This document shows, piece after piece, positions 9,064 through 18,754 of a stretch of 64,000 bases of DNA. The stretch lies in NCBI GenBank assembly GCA_001823575.1, contig MHUW01000001.1, forward strand, positions 12,909 through 76,908, given 5' to 3'. The DNA comes from Candidatus Yonathbacteria bacterium RIFCSPLOWO2_01_FULL_47_33b. Its GTDB lineage: Bacteria; Patescibacteriota; Minisyncoccia; Phycocordibacterales; UBA1550. A program made the position numbers and the translations under genes. Numbering within the stretch: position 1 is the stretch's first letter; the number at the start of each line of letters is the position of its first letter. Below the pieces are notes generated by a model, which saw only the letters and a list, made by a program, of their open reading frames with translations, was not told the origin of the DNA and made no database searches.

Positions 9064-9129
9064 TCCACGACAGGCGTGGATTCTGACCATTGTTGACTCA
9101 GGCTTTAGGCAGCTACGCTACAGATTGTT

Positions 9130-9651
9130 TCATTGAAACGGATAGAGACACCAAGGAGTGGCGCTGATATTTCCTAGGCAATTGTAGTTTGAGCTCCCCG
9201 TTCCCTCGTTTACCCACCGCATATTTGCCCTTGTGCAAATGCCATTTAGTCTGGTAAGGCATATATATAGAGGGCCGTAAAATTGTTCACTCAGATAGGT
9301 TACTGGTTTTGCGGTTGGGAATGTTGGTAGATATGTTTCAAGTGCTGTTTTTAGCCCAGAGTTCTCCCAATAAGAGGAGTTTGAAGTGCAAAAACCATCT
9401 GGTGGATAAGATCCGAGACAGTAGGTACTTACCGTGTCTCCTGGGTCAGGGAGTCCACCACTAGGGCTATTGAGTCGATAAAGCTCTATGGCGTTGCGGT
9501 ACTCCCTCGCAACAGAAAGAACTTGTGTATTTGTGGCTTTTTGCCGTGCGGTGTTTACTGCACTCAAGACGACTGACGAGAGTAAACTCACAATAGATAT
9601 AACGACAAGGAGCTCTATCAGAGTGAATCCCGATTGCCGCATTTGCTTCAT
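9130..9651 (-). CDS. Type IV pilin / pseudopilin (prepilin-type N-terminal cleavage/methylation domain)
   Basis: MKQMRQSGFTLIELLVVISIV has the class III signal motif G|FTLIE. Confidence 0.8.
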   Translation of the reverse strand: MKQMRQSGFTLIELLVVISIVSLLSSVVLSAVNTARQKATNTQVLSVAREYRNAIELYRLNSPSGGLPDPGDTVSTYCLGSYPPDGFCTSNSSYWENSGLKTALETYLPTFPTAKPVTYLSEQFYGPLYICLTRLNGICTRANMRWVNEGTGSSNYNCLGNISATPWCLYPFQ

Positions 9652-9870
9652 ATTTGAAATTATAGTCTACTAAGAAATAAAGACCAAATTATGGCACCCC
9701 GTCGCGCCCAAGCCCTTGACTATTATTGTCATTCTGGTAAGATATCTCCTGTATCGCACTAATTTGTTTTTGCGGTACTTTTTTATCAGTTTTACTTAAT
9801 TTTCTCTTGTAATTAAAGGTTTGTCGGGATTTCTCGTGTCCAAACCTTTTATTACAAGAACAACAAACAT

Positions 9871-11064
9871 ATGGCAGAAGCATTCGATCGTTCCAAGCCG
9901 CACGTTAACGTCGGTACTATTGGTCACGTTGATCACGGCAAGACAACCCTTACAGCGGCTATCTTGAACGTGCTCAACCTTAACGGAAAGACGGTAAAGA
10001 TGAAGTCAGTTGACCAAATCGACTCAGCGCCTGAGGAAAAGGCCCGCGGTATTACAATCGCGCTTTCACACAACGAGTACTCAACTGATGCACGTCACTA
10101 CGCGCACATCGATGCTCCAGGTCACGCTGACTATATCAAGAACATGATCACGGGTGCCGCACAGATGGACGGCGCTATCCTCGTGGTTGCTGCAACGGAC
10201 GGTGTTATGCCCCAGACACGAGAGCACATCCTCCTCGCAGAGCAGATTGGTGTTCCAAAGATCATTGTATTCCTCAACAAATGCGATATGGTTGATGACC
10301 CAGATCTTATTGAGCTCGTTGAAGAAGAAGTTCGTGACCTTTTGACCAAGTACCACTTTGATGGCAAGAACGCACCGGTTATCCGTGGTTCAGCTCTCAA
10401 GGCAGTTGAGGCTACCTCAGCTGACGACGAGTGGGCAAAGAAGATCATGGATCTTGCAAACGCACTCGACACCTACGTTCCTGTTCCAGAGCGCGACACG
10501 GCAAAGGCATTCCTTATGCCAGTAGAAGACGTATTCTCGATCGAAGGTCGTGGTACGGTGGTTACTGGTCGTATTGAGCGCGGTGTTATCAAGGTTGGTG
10601 AAGAAGTTGAAATCGTTGGTATCAAAGACACGGTAAAAACAACCGTTACCGGTATCGAAATGTTCAACAAGTCACTCCAGGAAGGTATGGCAGGCGACAA
10701 CGCCGGCATCCTTATCCGTGGTATCAAGAAGGAGGACATTACTCGTGGCCAGGTTCTTGTAAAGCCAGGCTCAGTAACTCCTCACACCGAGTTCGAGACT
10801 GAAGTATACGTACTTTCAAAGGAAGAAGGTGGACGTCACACGCCATTCTTTAACGGTTACAAGCCTCAGTTCTACATCCGTACAACGGACGTAACGGGTG
10901 ATACAAGCCTCCCTGAAGGTACCGAAATGGTTATGCCAGGCGATACGGTTAAGCTTAAAGTTAAGCTCATTGTTCCCGTTGCTATTGAAGAGCAGCAGCA
11001 CTTCGCTATCCGCGAGGGTGGACGTACGGTAGGTGCCGGCGTTGTTACTAAGATCATCGCCTAA
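9871..11064 (+). CDS. tuf: Elongation factor Tu
   Basis: [17 protein letters not shown] and NKCD motifs. 397 aa. Confidence 0.95.
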   Translation: MAEAFDRSKPHVNVGTIGHVDHGKTTLTAAILNVLNLNGKTVKMKSVDQIDSAPEEKARGITIALSHNEYSTDARHYAHIDAPGHADYIKNMITGAAQMDGAILVVAATDGVMPQTREHILLAEQIGVPKIIVFLNKCDMVDDPDLIELVEEEVRDLLTKYHFDGKNAPVIRGSALKAVEATSADDEWAKKIMDLANALDTYVPVPERDTAKAFLMPVEDVFSIEGRGTVVTGRIERGVIKVGEEVEIVGIKDTVKTTVTGIEMFNKSLQEGMAGDNAGILIRGIKKEDITRGQVLVKPGSVTPHTEFETEVYVLSKEEGGRHTPFFNGYKPQFYIRTTDVTGDTSLPEGTEMVMPGDTVKLKVKLIVPVAIEEQQHFAIREGGRTVGAGVVTKIIA

Positions 11065-11114
11065 CTAGTAAAAAAGGAAGGTCTGGCCTTGAGAATTTGG
11101 GCTAAGGCCAGACC

Positions 11115-11462
11115 TTGATAACCTCTATGACAAAATCTGTAAAAGAAAAAGATGTAACTCACAAGCTCCGCATTCGTGTGCGTGCGTATGAGAACAAAGT
11201 GCTCGACAACTCAGTCAAGCAGATCATCGACACCGCACTTCGCTATGATGCAGAGGTCTTGGGGCCAACCCCACTTCCTACCGAGATCAAGAAGTACACC
11301 GTCTTGCGCTCAACGTTCATTTACAAGAATGCACGCGAGCAGTTTGAGATGCGTATTCACAAACGCTTGATTGACATCTTGAATCCTGCGGCAAAGGTTA
11401 TCGAGGCACTCACAAACCTCTCACTTCCGTCTGGTGTCAGCATCGACGTGAAGATGATGTAG
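11115..11462 (+). CDS. rpsJ: 30S ribosomal protein S10
   Basis: HKLRIRVRAYENKVLD core matches S10. Confidence 0.9.
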   Translation: MITSMTKSVKEKDVTHKLRIRVRAYENKVLDNSVKQIIDTALRYDAEVLGPTPLPTEIKKYTVLRSTFIYKNAREQFEMRIHKRLIDILNPAAKVIEALTNLSLPSGVSIDVKMM

Positions 11463-11474
11463 CTAGCGCTTCGC

Positions 11475-11520
11475 GCAAGTCAAAAGTTCAAAGTCAAAAA
11501 GTCGAAAAGTCGAAAGTAGG
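11475..11520 (+). repeat. Short tandem AGTC(A/G)AAAG repeats in the rpsJ-rplC spacer
   Basis: caagtcaaaagttcaaagtcaaaaagtcgaaaagtcgaaagt. Confidence 0.7.
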
Positions 11521-11597
11521 TGCGACAAAAGTTGATTATTAAAATACCAACAATCACATGCAAATGTAGATTGCAATGGTTACCGTAAATTACCGTT

Positions 11598-12206
11598 ATG
11601 AAATTTATTCTAGGAAGAAAAGAAAATATGGTGACGTTCATCGGCAACGATGGATTGGCTACTGCCGCAACGCTTCTTGCTGTTGGGCCAGTAGTTATCA
11701 CCCAAATCAAGAACAAAGCTACTGACGGCTACGAAGCCGTACAGATTGGTTTTGGTACCCGTGCTGCAAAGAATATTTCGAAGGCAGTGCAGGGTCATAC
11801 CAAGGACCTCGGCTCGTTTGCTGAGATTCGTGAGTTCCGTGTTGACGACTCAAGCGCATGGGAAAAGGGAGACACGCTTGATGCCTCACTCTTCACCGTA
11901 GGTGACGAGGTGACCATCTCGGGTACTTCAAAAGGTAAGGGCTTTCAGGGTGTGGTCAAGCGTCACGGGTTCCACGGAGGTTCACGTACGCACGGCCAGA
12001 AGCACTCGGAGCGTGAACCAGGCTCGATTGGTTCAACCGGTCAGCAGAAGATCTCAAAAGGTCGTCGCATGGGTGGCCGTATGGGTAGCGATCGCACCAC
12101 GATCAAAGGTTTGCGTGTACTTGGGGTCGACACTACCAACAACAAGATCCTCGTATCAGGCTGCGTGCCTGGTATCAAAGGGGCCCTTCTAGAAATTAAG
12201 GCATAA
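11598..12206 (+). CDS. rplC: 50S ribosomal protein L3
   Basis: The N-terminus aligns with the L3 pattern MIGLVGKKVGMT. Follows rpsJ. Confidence 0.9.
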   Translation: MKFILGRKENMVTFIGNDGLATAATLLAVGPVVITQIKNKATDGYEAVQIGFGTRAAKNISKAVQGHTKDLGSFAEIREFRVDDSSAWEKGDTLDASLFTVGDEVTISGTSKGKGFQGVVKRHGFHGGSRTHGQKHSEREPGSIGSTGQQKISKGRRMGGRMGSDRTTIKGLRVLGVDTTNNKILVSGCVPGIKGALLEIKA

Positions 12207-12217
12207 TACATACTACT

Positions 12218-12886
12218 ATGGAAGCAATCGTATACAGCACAAAGGGTAAAGAAGCAAGAAAAGTTGCCTTAAATGAAAAGATTTGGGGTCTCTCATGGAA
12301 CGCCGACCTCGTACATCAGGTGGTTACTTCGATGCGCGCAAATGCACGCACAGGTACTGCTGCAGCAAAAACACGTAGCGATGTATCGGGTGGTGGCAAA
12401 AAGCCATGGGCACAGAAGGGTACTGGTCGCGCACGTCACGGTTCAAGCCGTTCACCTATTTGGCGTCACGGAGGTGTGACCCATGGTCCACTCGCTGAGA
12501 AAGACTACAGCAAGAAAATCAACAAGAAGGTACGCGCCAAGGCACTTTACACCGTTCTCTCGGAGAAGCTCCGCAAGGGCGAGATTATGTTTGTTGATGA
12601 TATTGTTATGAAGGCGCCAAAGACCAGCGAGGCAAAGGTAATTCTTACCAATCTCTCAGAGGTTAAAGGTTTTGAGAAACTCATCACCAAAAAGCGCAAT
12701 GCGGCGTACTTCGCAATGGCTGAAAAGTCAGAGGTAGCAGCAAAGAGCTTTGCAAACTTCGGCAGCATTGATTTCGATGATGTAAAGAACATGAACCCTA
12801 TCGATCTCTTGAACCACAAGTACATTGTAATCGTAAGCCCAGAAGCAGCGGTCGGCTTCATTGAGGGTAAGATTGCAGCTAAATAA
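12218..12886 (+). CDS. rplD: 50S ribosomal protein L4
   Basis: L4 family. Position in operon. Confidence 0.9.
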   Translation: MEAIVYSTKGKEARKVALNEKIWGLSWNADLVHQVVTSMRANARTGTAAAKTRSDVSGGGKKPWAQKGTGRARHGSSRSPIWRHGGVTHGPLAEKDYSKKINKKVRAKALYTVLSEKLRKGEIMFVDDIVMKAPKTSEAKVILTNLSEVKGFEKLITKKRNAAYFAMAEKSEVAAKSFANFGSIDFDDVKNMNPIDLLNHKYIVIVSPEAAVGFIEGKIAAK

Positions 12887-12896
12887 CAATACTTCT

Positions 12897-13235
12897 ATGG
12901 CTATTTTCCAAAAAACAACAGAAAAGAAGGTTGCAAAGAAACAGAACGAGAGCAGTCTTGGCGCTCGTGCAGACGCACTCGTGCGCCCACACATCACCGA
13001 AAAAGCAGCAATCCTTGCAGAAAAGGGAACCTACGTTTTTGTAGTTTCACCAAAGACCAACAAGATCGAGATTGCCAAGGCAGTCGAGATACTTTACGGT
13101 GTTACTGCCGTCAAGGTAAACATCGTAAACCTCCCTGACACCAACGTTTTTGTACGCAATCGTCGTGGCGTAAAGGCAGGTGTGCGCAAGGCACTCGTTA
13201 CCTTGAAAAAAGGCGATAAGATTGAGCTTATATAA
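12897..13235 (+). CDS. rplW: 50S ribosomal protein L23
   Basis: L23 family (KPHITEKA...). The start was moved to the ATG at 12897, after the rplD stop. Confidence 0.85.
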   Translation: MAIFQKTTEKKVAKKQNESSLGARADALVRPHITEKAAILAEKGTYVFVVSPKTNKIEIAKAVEILYGVTAVKVNIVNLPDTNVFVRNRRGVKAGVRKALVTLKKGDKIELI

Positions 13236-13240
13236 TTACT

Positions 13241-14080
13241 ATGAAAAAGTTTAAACCAACAACACCATCACTTCGCCAGACGGCAATCGTTACATACCGC
13301 GGTGTGCTCACCACGAACGAACCGCTCAAGTCTTTGACCCACGGTTTTAGACGCGGTAGTGGACGCAATGCATTTGGTCGTATTACGACACGCCACAAGG
13401 GTGGTGGACACAAGCGTTCATTCCGTGAGATTGATTTCCGTATGGAAAAGGTTGGCATTCCTGCAAAGATTGAGACCATCGAGTACGATCCAAACCGCTC
13501 TGGTTTTATCGGTGTCATCTGCTACGCAGATGGAGAGCGCCGTTACAACCTTCTTCCCCACGGACTCAAGGTGGGCGACACGATTATGACTGCAGAGGAT
13601 GCACCCGTAAAAACGGGCAACCGTATCCCTCTTCGCAAAGCTCCTGTCGGAACATTTGTATTTAATATTGAACTCCAGCCACAAGGTGGTGCACGCATCG
13701 CTCGCTCAGCAGGAAACTACGCTGAAGTGGTGGCAAACAACGCCGGACAGACACATTTGAAGATGCCTTCAGGTGAGATTCGTAAGGTCTCAGAGAACGC
13801 ATGGGCTTCGATTGGTGCCGTATCAAACGAAGAATACAAGCACCGCAACCTCGGTAAGGCAGGTCGCTCACGTTGGCTCGGTATTCGCCCAACGGTGCGT
13901 GGTTCAGCGATGAACCCGGTAGACCATCCATACGGTGGAGGCGAAGGACGTCAGGGTCGTGGTACCAAGCGCCCTAAGACCAAGTGGGGTAAGGTTACTG
14001 GCGGACGCAAAACTCGTTCTCCAAAGAAATACTCAAACAACCTCATCGTCGCTCGTCGCAAGACCAAGAAGTCAAGGTAA
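13241..14080 (+). CDS. rplB: 50S ribosomal protein L2
   Basis: L2 family (GRNAFGRITTRHKGGGHKR...). Confidence 0.95.
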   Translation: MKKFKPTTPSLRQTAIVTYRGVLTTNEPLKSLTHGFRRGSGRNAFGRITTRHKGGGHKRSFREIDFRMEKVGIPAKIETIEYDPNRSGFIGVICYADGERRYNLLPHGLKVGDTIMTAEDAPVKTGNRIPLRKAPVGTFVFNIELQPQGGARIARSAGNYAEVVANNAGQTHLKMPSGEIRKVSENAWASIGAVSNEEYKHRNLGKAGRSRWLGIRPTVRGSAMNPVDHPYGGGEGRQGRGTKRPKTKWGKVTGGRKTRSPKKYSNNLIVARRKTKKSR

Positions 14081-14087
14081 TACAAAA

Positions 14088-14120
14088 AAGACCGCCCTTT
14101 GTACGAATGGCGGTCTTTTT
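14088..14120 (+). terminator. Rho-independent terminator after rplB
   Basis: aagaccgcc-ctttgtacgaatg-ggcggtctttttttg. Confidence 0.6.
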
Positions 14121-14159
14121 TTGTAGGGGCTATCACATAGTATTGCTGTATATCGTTAG

Positions 14160-14199
14160 CTATCATCTATCTGTAGTCATGGCCACAGATAGATGATAG
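14160..14199. repeat. Palindrome family A copy 2 (near-perfect, centre catgGCCACag)
   Basis: ctatcatctatctgtagtcatggccacagatagatgatag. Confidence 0.85.
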
Positions 14200-14240
14200 A
14201 GGATTTATGGTCCGCTCAAGCATTATTAAACCGCAGTAGG

Positions 14241-14282
14241 AACATAACCTATTTGTAGTCATAGCTACAAATAGGTTATGTT
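14241..14282. repeat. Palindrome family A-related copy 3 (variant arms, shared TGTAGTCAT...CTACA core)
   Basis: aacataacctatttgtagtcatagctacaaataggttatgtt. Confidence 0.8.
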
Positions 14283-14380
14283 TTATAGTGACAGGTTAAA
14301 AGAAATATAAAAGTTATCCACACCATACCTCGTTTGTTTGAATTTTGGGTGGTATACTATATTTATACATTTTTTAATTT

Positions 14381-15439
14381 ATGAAAACATTTTTTACCCA
14401 CCAACTTCGTGCCGTGCTTGCTGCCGTGACCATAGGTGCATTGCTTGCCGTTACTTATTTTTCAAATCAAAGTTTCCTCAAGACACCACACGCTGAGTCA
14501 GCAGTTGTCTCAAACTCTAATGTCTCTGGTTGGGTGTGGAGCCTAGGGACAGGAACAACCCCAACAGGGGATAATCCCTCAGGTCCTTATTCGGCAGTTA
14601 GCGGTAGTAATCCGGGTCTTGGGTGGGTTAGCTTCAATAGTACAAGTGATGCGTCATCGCAGGGATACGGGGTAAAAGTAGACACTGCAACGAAAGGAGC
14701 GAGCGGGATAGGGAATTTTTCGGGGAATGCTTGGATAGGAGACATGGATCCAGCTACTGCTCCAAGTGGCTCTAATACAGGATGGATTTCATTTGATCGT
14801 ACGGAGACAGGGAATCCTCCTTCAGATGACCCTGGCAGCGGTTCAGGGAGGATCGCTCAGGTTGCGTGGTCAACAGGAAAAGTGACAGGGTGGATGCGCG
14901 CACTTTCTGCTTGTGATCCAAGTTGTGCAACAAACCAAGGGGCAGGGGCAAACAGCGGTGGTTGGGATGGCTGGATAAGGCTTTCAGATGACGGTAATCC
15001 AAACGGTTGGGCAGGGAATGGTGTTAAAATTACTGCCAATAAATTTAGTGGTTACGCATGGGGTGGAGATGTTGTAGGCTGGGTAGATTTTGCGCCAAAG
15101 ATTGGTGGAGTGAGTGTTGGGCCAGTAGTTGGGGTACCGCCATGTACAGCAGCCATCATAAATGGTGGTGGAGGAACATGGGGGTCGTGTCAGGCACTTC
15201 CTTCGTCAACATGTGTGGCACCACCTGCTACAAAGTTTATTGCAGGCGGCGGTATCAGAGTTGGAGCATGTACCACAGGTGGTACCACAACGGGGTCGTG
15301 TGATGTCACTGTGACATGTACTGTCCCTGTTGTAGTGGTCCCCCCGCCGTCAGGATGTAATGCTAATCCTGCTTGTGATAGTGGAGAGACGCCTATTACG
15401 TGCCCGAGCCAGTGTAAGGTGAAGTTCAAGCAGTTCTAA
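14381..15439 (+). CDS. Secreted Gly/Trp-repeat protein inserted in the S10 operon; C-terminal Cys-rich module ending CPSQCKVKFKQF
   Basis: Signal/TM segment at the N-terminus. Eight or more GW/GY-containing repeats (SGWVWSLG, GLGWVSFNS, TGWISFDRT...). C-terminus shared with the 26961 protein. Confidence 0.6.
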   Translation: MKTFFTHQLRAVLAAVTIGALLAVTYFSNQSFLKTPHAESAVVSNSNVSGWVWSLGTGTTPTGDNPSGPYSAVSGSNPGLGWVSFNSTSDASSQGYGVKVDTATKGASGIGNFSGNAWIGDMDPATAPSGSNTGWISFDRTETGNPPSDDPGSGSGRIAQVAWSTGKVTGWMRALSACDPSCATNQGAGANSGGWDGWIRLSDDGNPNGWAGNGVKITANKFSGYAWGGDVVGWVDFAPKIGGVSVGPVVGVPPCTAAIINGGGGTWGSCQALPSSTCVAPPATKFIAGGGIRVGACTTGGTTTGSCDVTVTCTVPVVVVPPPSGCNANPACDSGETPITCPSQCKVKFKQF

Positions 15440-15456
15440 TTTAGTATAGTAAAAAG

Positions 15457-15516
15457 GTCAAATCGGACGGCACTTCCCTTGCTTTTTAAGCAAGGGAAGT
15501 GCCGTCCGATTTGACA
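15457..15516. repeat. 60-nt perfect hairpin palindrome (26-bp stem) downstream of the inserted gene
   Basis: gtcaaatcggacggcacttcccttgc-tttttaa-gcaagggaagtgccgtccgatttgac. Its 3' end supplies a TTGACA -35-like hexamer for rpsS. Confidence 0.85.
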
Positions 15517-15607
15517 ATATTCCTCAATTTGGTAAGATGCAAAGCGAGCTCATCCGAGCTTGTTTTGTTTAGGCCCCGCCTTTATCAGGTGGGCCACAAA
15601 TTACGTT

Positions 15608-15955
15608 ATGACACGATCACTCAAAAAAGGACCACATATTGACCCAAAGCTTCTCAAAAAGATTGAGGGTAAAAGCGCGCAGACTGAGCCTATGATCAAA
15701 ACTTGGTCACGAGCAAGTCAAATCACCCCTGAAATGGTAGGGTTCCTTTTTGGCGTGTATAACGGTAAGACTCACCTCGAGGTCCGCGTGACCGAGGATA
15801 TGGTGGGTCACCGACTCGGAGAGTTTTCTCCTACGAAGAAATTCGTTCGCCACGGCGGTAAAATGCAGAAGGAACTTGAACAGAAGAAGAAGGAAAGCGA
15901 GATCGCTGCTGCCAAGGCTGCCAAATCAGAAACTCCTGCAGCAAAGAAGAAATAA
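15608..15955 (+). CDS. rpsS: 30S ribosomal protein S19
   Basis: [20 protein letters not shown]... The start was moved to the ATG at 15608. It has a C-terminal K/A/E-rich tail. Confidence 0.9.
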   Translation: MTRSLKKGPHIDPKLLKKIEGKSAQTEPMIKTWSRASQITPEMVGFLFGVYNGKTHLEVRVTEDMVGHRLGEFSPTKKFVRHGGKMQKELEQKKKESEIAAAKAAKSETPAAKKK

Positions 15956-15958
15956 TAT

Positions 15959-16393
15959 ATGAAAGCATATCTCAAAAGCTATCGCCAAGCACCACGCAAG
16001 GTCCGCCTTGTAGCAAATCTTATGAAAGGTAAGACGGTGGAGCGTGCCATCAAGGAGCTTGAAGTTCTTCCAAAGCGCGCATCACTCCCTATGTTGAAGC
16101 TTTTGCTTTCTGCAGTGGCTAACGCAAAAGAGAACGACGGCGTAGCTCAGGCTGATCTTTTTGTAAAAGAAGTACGCGTTGACCAAGGTACCATCCTCAA
16201 GCGTTTTATTCCAAAATCACACGGTACCGCATCACCCATCCACAAACACACCAGTCATGTTATGATTGAGCTCATCGCTAACGCTGAAGTCGAAAGTGGA
16301 AAGTCAAAAGTCGAAAGTAATACAAATGCCGACAAGCCAAAGGCAGTAAAAAAAGCTGCTCCAAAAAAGAAGGCAGTAGCCGCAAAGAAATAA
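15959..16393 (+). CDS. rplV: 50S ribosomal protein L22
   Basis: L22 family (KVRLVANLMKGKTVERA...). The C-terminal extension carries AGTCGAAAG-type repeats. Confidence 0.9.
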   Translation: MKAYLKSYRQAPRKVRLVANLMKGKTVERAIKELEVLPKRASLPMLKLLLSAVANAKENDGVAQADLFVKEVRVDQGTILKRFIPKSHGTASPIHKHTSHVMIELIANAEVESGKSKVESNTNADKPKAVKKAAPKKKAVAAKK

Positions 16394-16394
16394 T

Positions 16395-17090
16395 ATGACA
16401 CACATCGTACACCCATTTGCCCATCGTTTAGGAATCATTCGTGATTGGAAGTCACGCTGGTTCGGAGCGAAAGAGGAGTACAAGGATTTCCTGAGAGGGG
16501 ATATTCTTATCCGTAGTTTCCTCGACAAGCGTCTTCGTGGTAACCATATTGCAGGTGTTGAGATTGAGCGTAATGCAAAGACTTTTCGCGTTGTCATCAA
16601 GACTGCTCGCCCGGGTATGGTTATTGGCCGTGCTGGTGAAGGTTCCGTCAAACTCAAGAATGATATTTTGAAAGAAGCTGCTCGCAAGAAGTTGAGCATC
16701 CCTGCTGATTTCAAGCTCGATATCGAGGAGGTTCGCTCACCTGAGTCTAACGCTGCTATTGTTGCCGAGATGGTTGCCGAGGGTCTCGAGAAACGTTTGC
16801 CCTTCCGTATGATTTTGAAACAGACCGTAGAAAAGGTTATGGCAAATCGCGACGTCAAGGGTGCGCGTATCGCAATCTCGGGTCGCCTTGGTGGTGCCGA
16901 GATGGCACGCTACGAGCAGATTCGCCGTGGAGGTATTCCTCTTCAGACATTCCGTGCAGACATCGACTACGCAAAGAACACCGCACGCCTTCCTTACGGA
17001 GCTATCGGTATCAAGGTTTGGATTTACAAAGGCCAAATCTTTGCGGAGGGCAAGAAAAAGAGCCTTGCTGCACAGGGAGCAAATGCATAA
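16395..17090 (+). CDS. rpsC: 30S ribosomal protein S3
   Basis: S3 family (KH domain region GIRDWKSRWF...). Confidence 0.95.
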   Translation: MTHIVHPFAHRLGIIRDWKSRWFGAKEEYKDFLRGDILIRSFLDKRLRGNHIAGVEIERNAKTFRVVIKTARPGMVIGRAGEGSVKLKNDILKEAARKKLSIPADFKLDIEEVRSPESNAAIVAEMVAEGLEKRLPFRMILKQTVEKVMANRDVKGARIAISGRLGGAEMARYEQIRRGGIPLQTFRADIDYAKNTARLPYGAIGIKVWIYKGQIFAEGKKKSLAAQGANA

Positions 17091-17110
17091 CCCTATTTAA
17101 ATACACTACT

Positions 17111-17542
17111 ATGTTATTCCCCAAGAAAGTAAAATACAGAAAATGGCAGAACGGACGCAAGAGCGAGGCCAAGCTTGCCGCACCTGAAACGCGTGGTATC
17201 ACGCTTGCGTTTGGTTCATTTGGCCTCAAGGCTGAAACACCGGCACGCGTAAAGTCAAACCAGATCGAGGCGTCACGTAAAGTTATTTCTCGCACCATCA
17301 CCAAGGTTGGCAAGATGTGGATCCGCATCTTCCCTGATCGTCCTTACACACAAAAAGGCGCGCAGGTAGGTATGGGTAAAGGTAAAGGTGAACTCCAGGG
17401 ATACGTATTCGAGGTACGCCCAGGCCGCATGCTCTTTGAGGTTGACGGGGTCGACGAGGCAACAGCGGTAAAGGCACTTCGCAAGGCAGGAGCAAAGCTC
17501 CCCCTCAAGACGCGCATCGTACGCCGCACACAGACTGTATAA
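17111..17542 (+). CDS. rplP: 50S ribosomal protein L16
   Basis: MLFPKKVKYRKWQNGR matches the L16 N-terminus. The ATG at 17111 was chosen over the upstream ORF start. Confidence 0.9.
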   Translation: MLFPKKVKYRKWQNGRKSEAKLAAPETRGITLAFGSFGLKAETPARVKSNQIEASRKVISRTITKVGKMWIRIFPDRPYTQKGAQVGMGKGKGELQGYVFEVRPGRMLFEVDGVDEATAVKALRKAGAKLPLKTRIVRRTQTV

Positions 17543-17553
17543 CATTCACTATC

Positions 17554-17745
17554 ATGACCGACATTAGCAAAAAAAGCACAGAGGATTTGGTAAAGACCAT
17601 CGACGAAAAGAGGGAGGAGCTTCGCTCAATCCGTTTTGATCTTGCTGGCAGCGCCAAGAAGAATACCAAAGCGTCAGTGCTCGCACGAAAGGAGGTCGCT
17701 CGTACGATGACAGAGCTCAATGCTCGTAAAAATGTAGCTCTATAA
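17554..17745 (+). CDS. rpmC: 50S ribosomal protein L29
   Basis: 63 aa, L29-like helical protein. Position. Confidence 0.85.
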   Translation: MTDISKKSTEDLVKTIDEKREELRSIRFDLAGSAKKNTKASVLARKEVARTMTELNARKNVAL

Positions 17746-17752
17746 TATTACT

Positions 17753-18007
17753 ATGGAAACAAAAACAACAACAGGAAAGAAGCTTCAGGGGGTCGTCGTC
17801 TCAGACAAGATGATGAAGACCGTTACGGTTCTCGTAAACCGCTTCGTGAAGCACCCTAAGTACGGCAAGTACACGAAGATCTCCAAGAAGTACAAGGCGC
17901 ACGATGAGGCTGGCGCGTACAAGATGGGGGATGAGGTCATCATCGCAGAGTGTCGCCCTATTTCAAAGGGTAAAACCTTTACCGTCGTCGGCAAGAAGAC
18001 CGCGTAA
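17753..18007 (+). CDS. rpsQ: 30S ribosomal protein S17
   Basis: S17 family ([16 protein letters not shown]...). Confidence 0.9.
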   Translation: METKTTTGKKLQGVVVSDKMMKTVTVLVNRFVKHPKYGKYTKISKKYKAHDEAGAYKMGDEVIIAECRPISKGKTFTVVGKKTA

Positions 18008-18042
18008 TACACACGCACACGTGAACGCATAACGAAACTACT

Positions 18043-18414
18043 ATGATTCAACCACAAACAATCGTCAAAATAACAGACAACTCCGGCGGAAAGATCGGTC
18101 GCGTATTCAAGGTGCTCGGCAGCTCAAAGAAGCGCTACGCTATGATTGGTGACCTCGTTGTTCTCTCGGTGCAGGTTGCAGAGCCTCGCAAGTCAGTCAA
18201 AAAGAAGGATGTGTTGACGGGCCTTGTTGTTCGCACGCGCAATGCATACCGCCGCAAGGACGGATCATATATGCGTTTCGATGACAATGCGGTGGTTATT
18301 GTTGACCGCGCAAAGAAGGAGCCAAAGGCAGGACGTGTTTTTGGTCCTATCCCTCGCGAGATTGTTGAGGCAGGATACCAAAAGGTCGGTTCTATCGCCC
18401 CTGAGGTCGTTTAA
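18043..18414 (+). CDS. rplN: 50S ribosomal protein L14
   Basis: MIQPQTIVKITDNSGGK matches the L14 N-terminus. Confidence 0.95.
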   Translation: MIQPQTIVKITDNSGGKIGRVFKVLGSSKKRYAMIGDLVVLSVQVAEPRKSVKKKDVLTGLVVRTRNAYRRKDGSYMRFDDNAVVIVDRAKKEPKAGRVFGPIPREIVEAGYQKVGSIAPEVV

Positions 18415-18434
18415 TCTATTTTTATATCACTACT

Positions 18435-18743
18435 ATGAAGCTTAAAAAAGGAGACAAGGTGGTTATCATCACCGGCAAAGATAAAGGAAAGAAGGGAGCA
18501 ATCCTCGAGGCACTTCCTCGCGTAAATCGCGTGGTGGTTGAGGGAGCAAACATTGCAAAGATTCACGAGAAGGCGCGCACCCGCGGTGCCGCAGGTCAGA
18601 TTGTAGAGCGCGCAATGCCTATTCATGCATCAAACGTGATGATTATCGACCCTAAGAAAGATGTTCGCACTCGTGTCGGCATCAAGGAGATTGGCGGCAA
18701 GAATGTCCGTGTTACAAAGAAGAGTGGATCAGAGCTCAAATAG
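18435..18743 (+). CDS. rplX: 50S ribosomal protein L24
   Basis: MKLKKGDKVVIITGKDKGK matches L24 (KOW motif). Ends with a TAG stop. Confidence 0.9.
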   Translation: MKLKKGDKVVIITGKDKGKKGAILEALPRVNRVVVEGANIAKIHEKARTRGAAGQIVERAMPIHASNVMIIDPKKDVRTRVGIKEIGGKNVRVTKKSGSELK

Positions 18744-18754
18744 TTTTTAATATC

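Noticed and set aside
12861-12896. Longer rplW start at 12861 overlapping the rplD 3' end
   Set aside because: The L23 N-terminus aligns from MAIFQKT (ATG 12897). The upstream extension MRVRLQLNNNTS lies in the rplD coding region in another frame.
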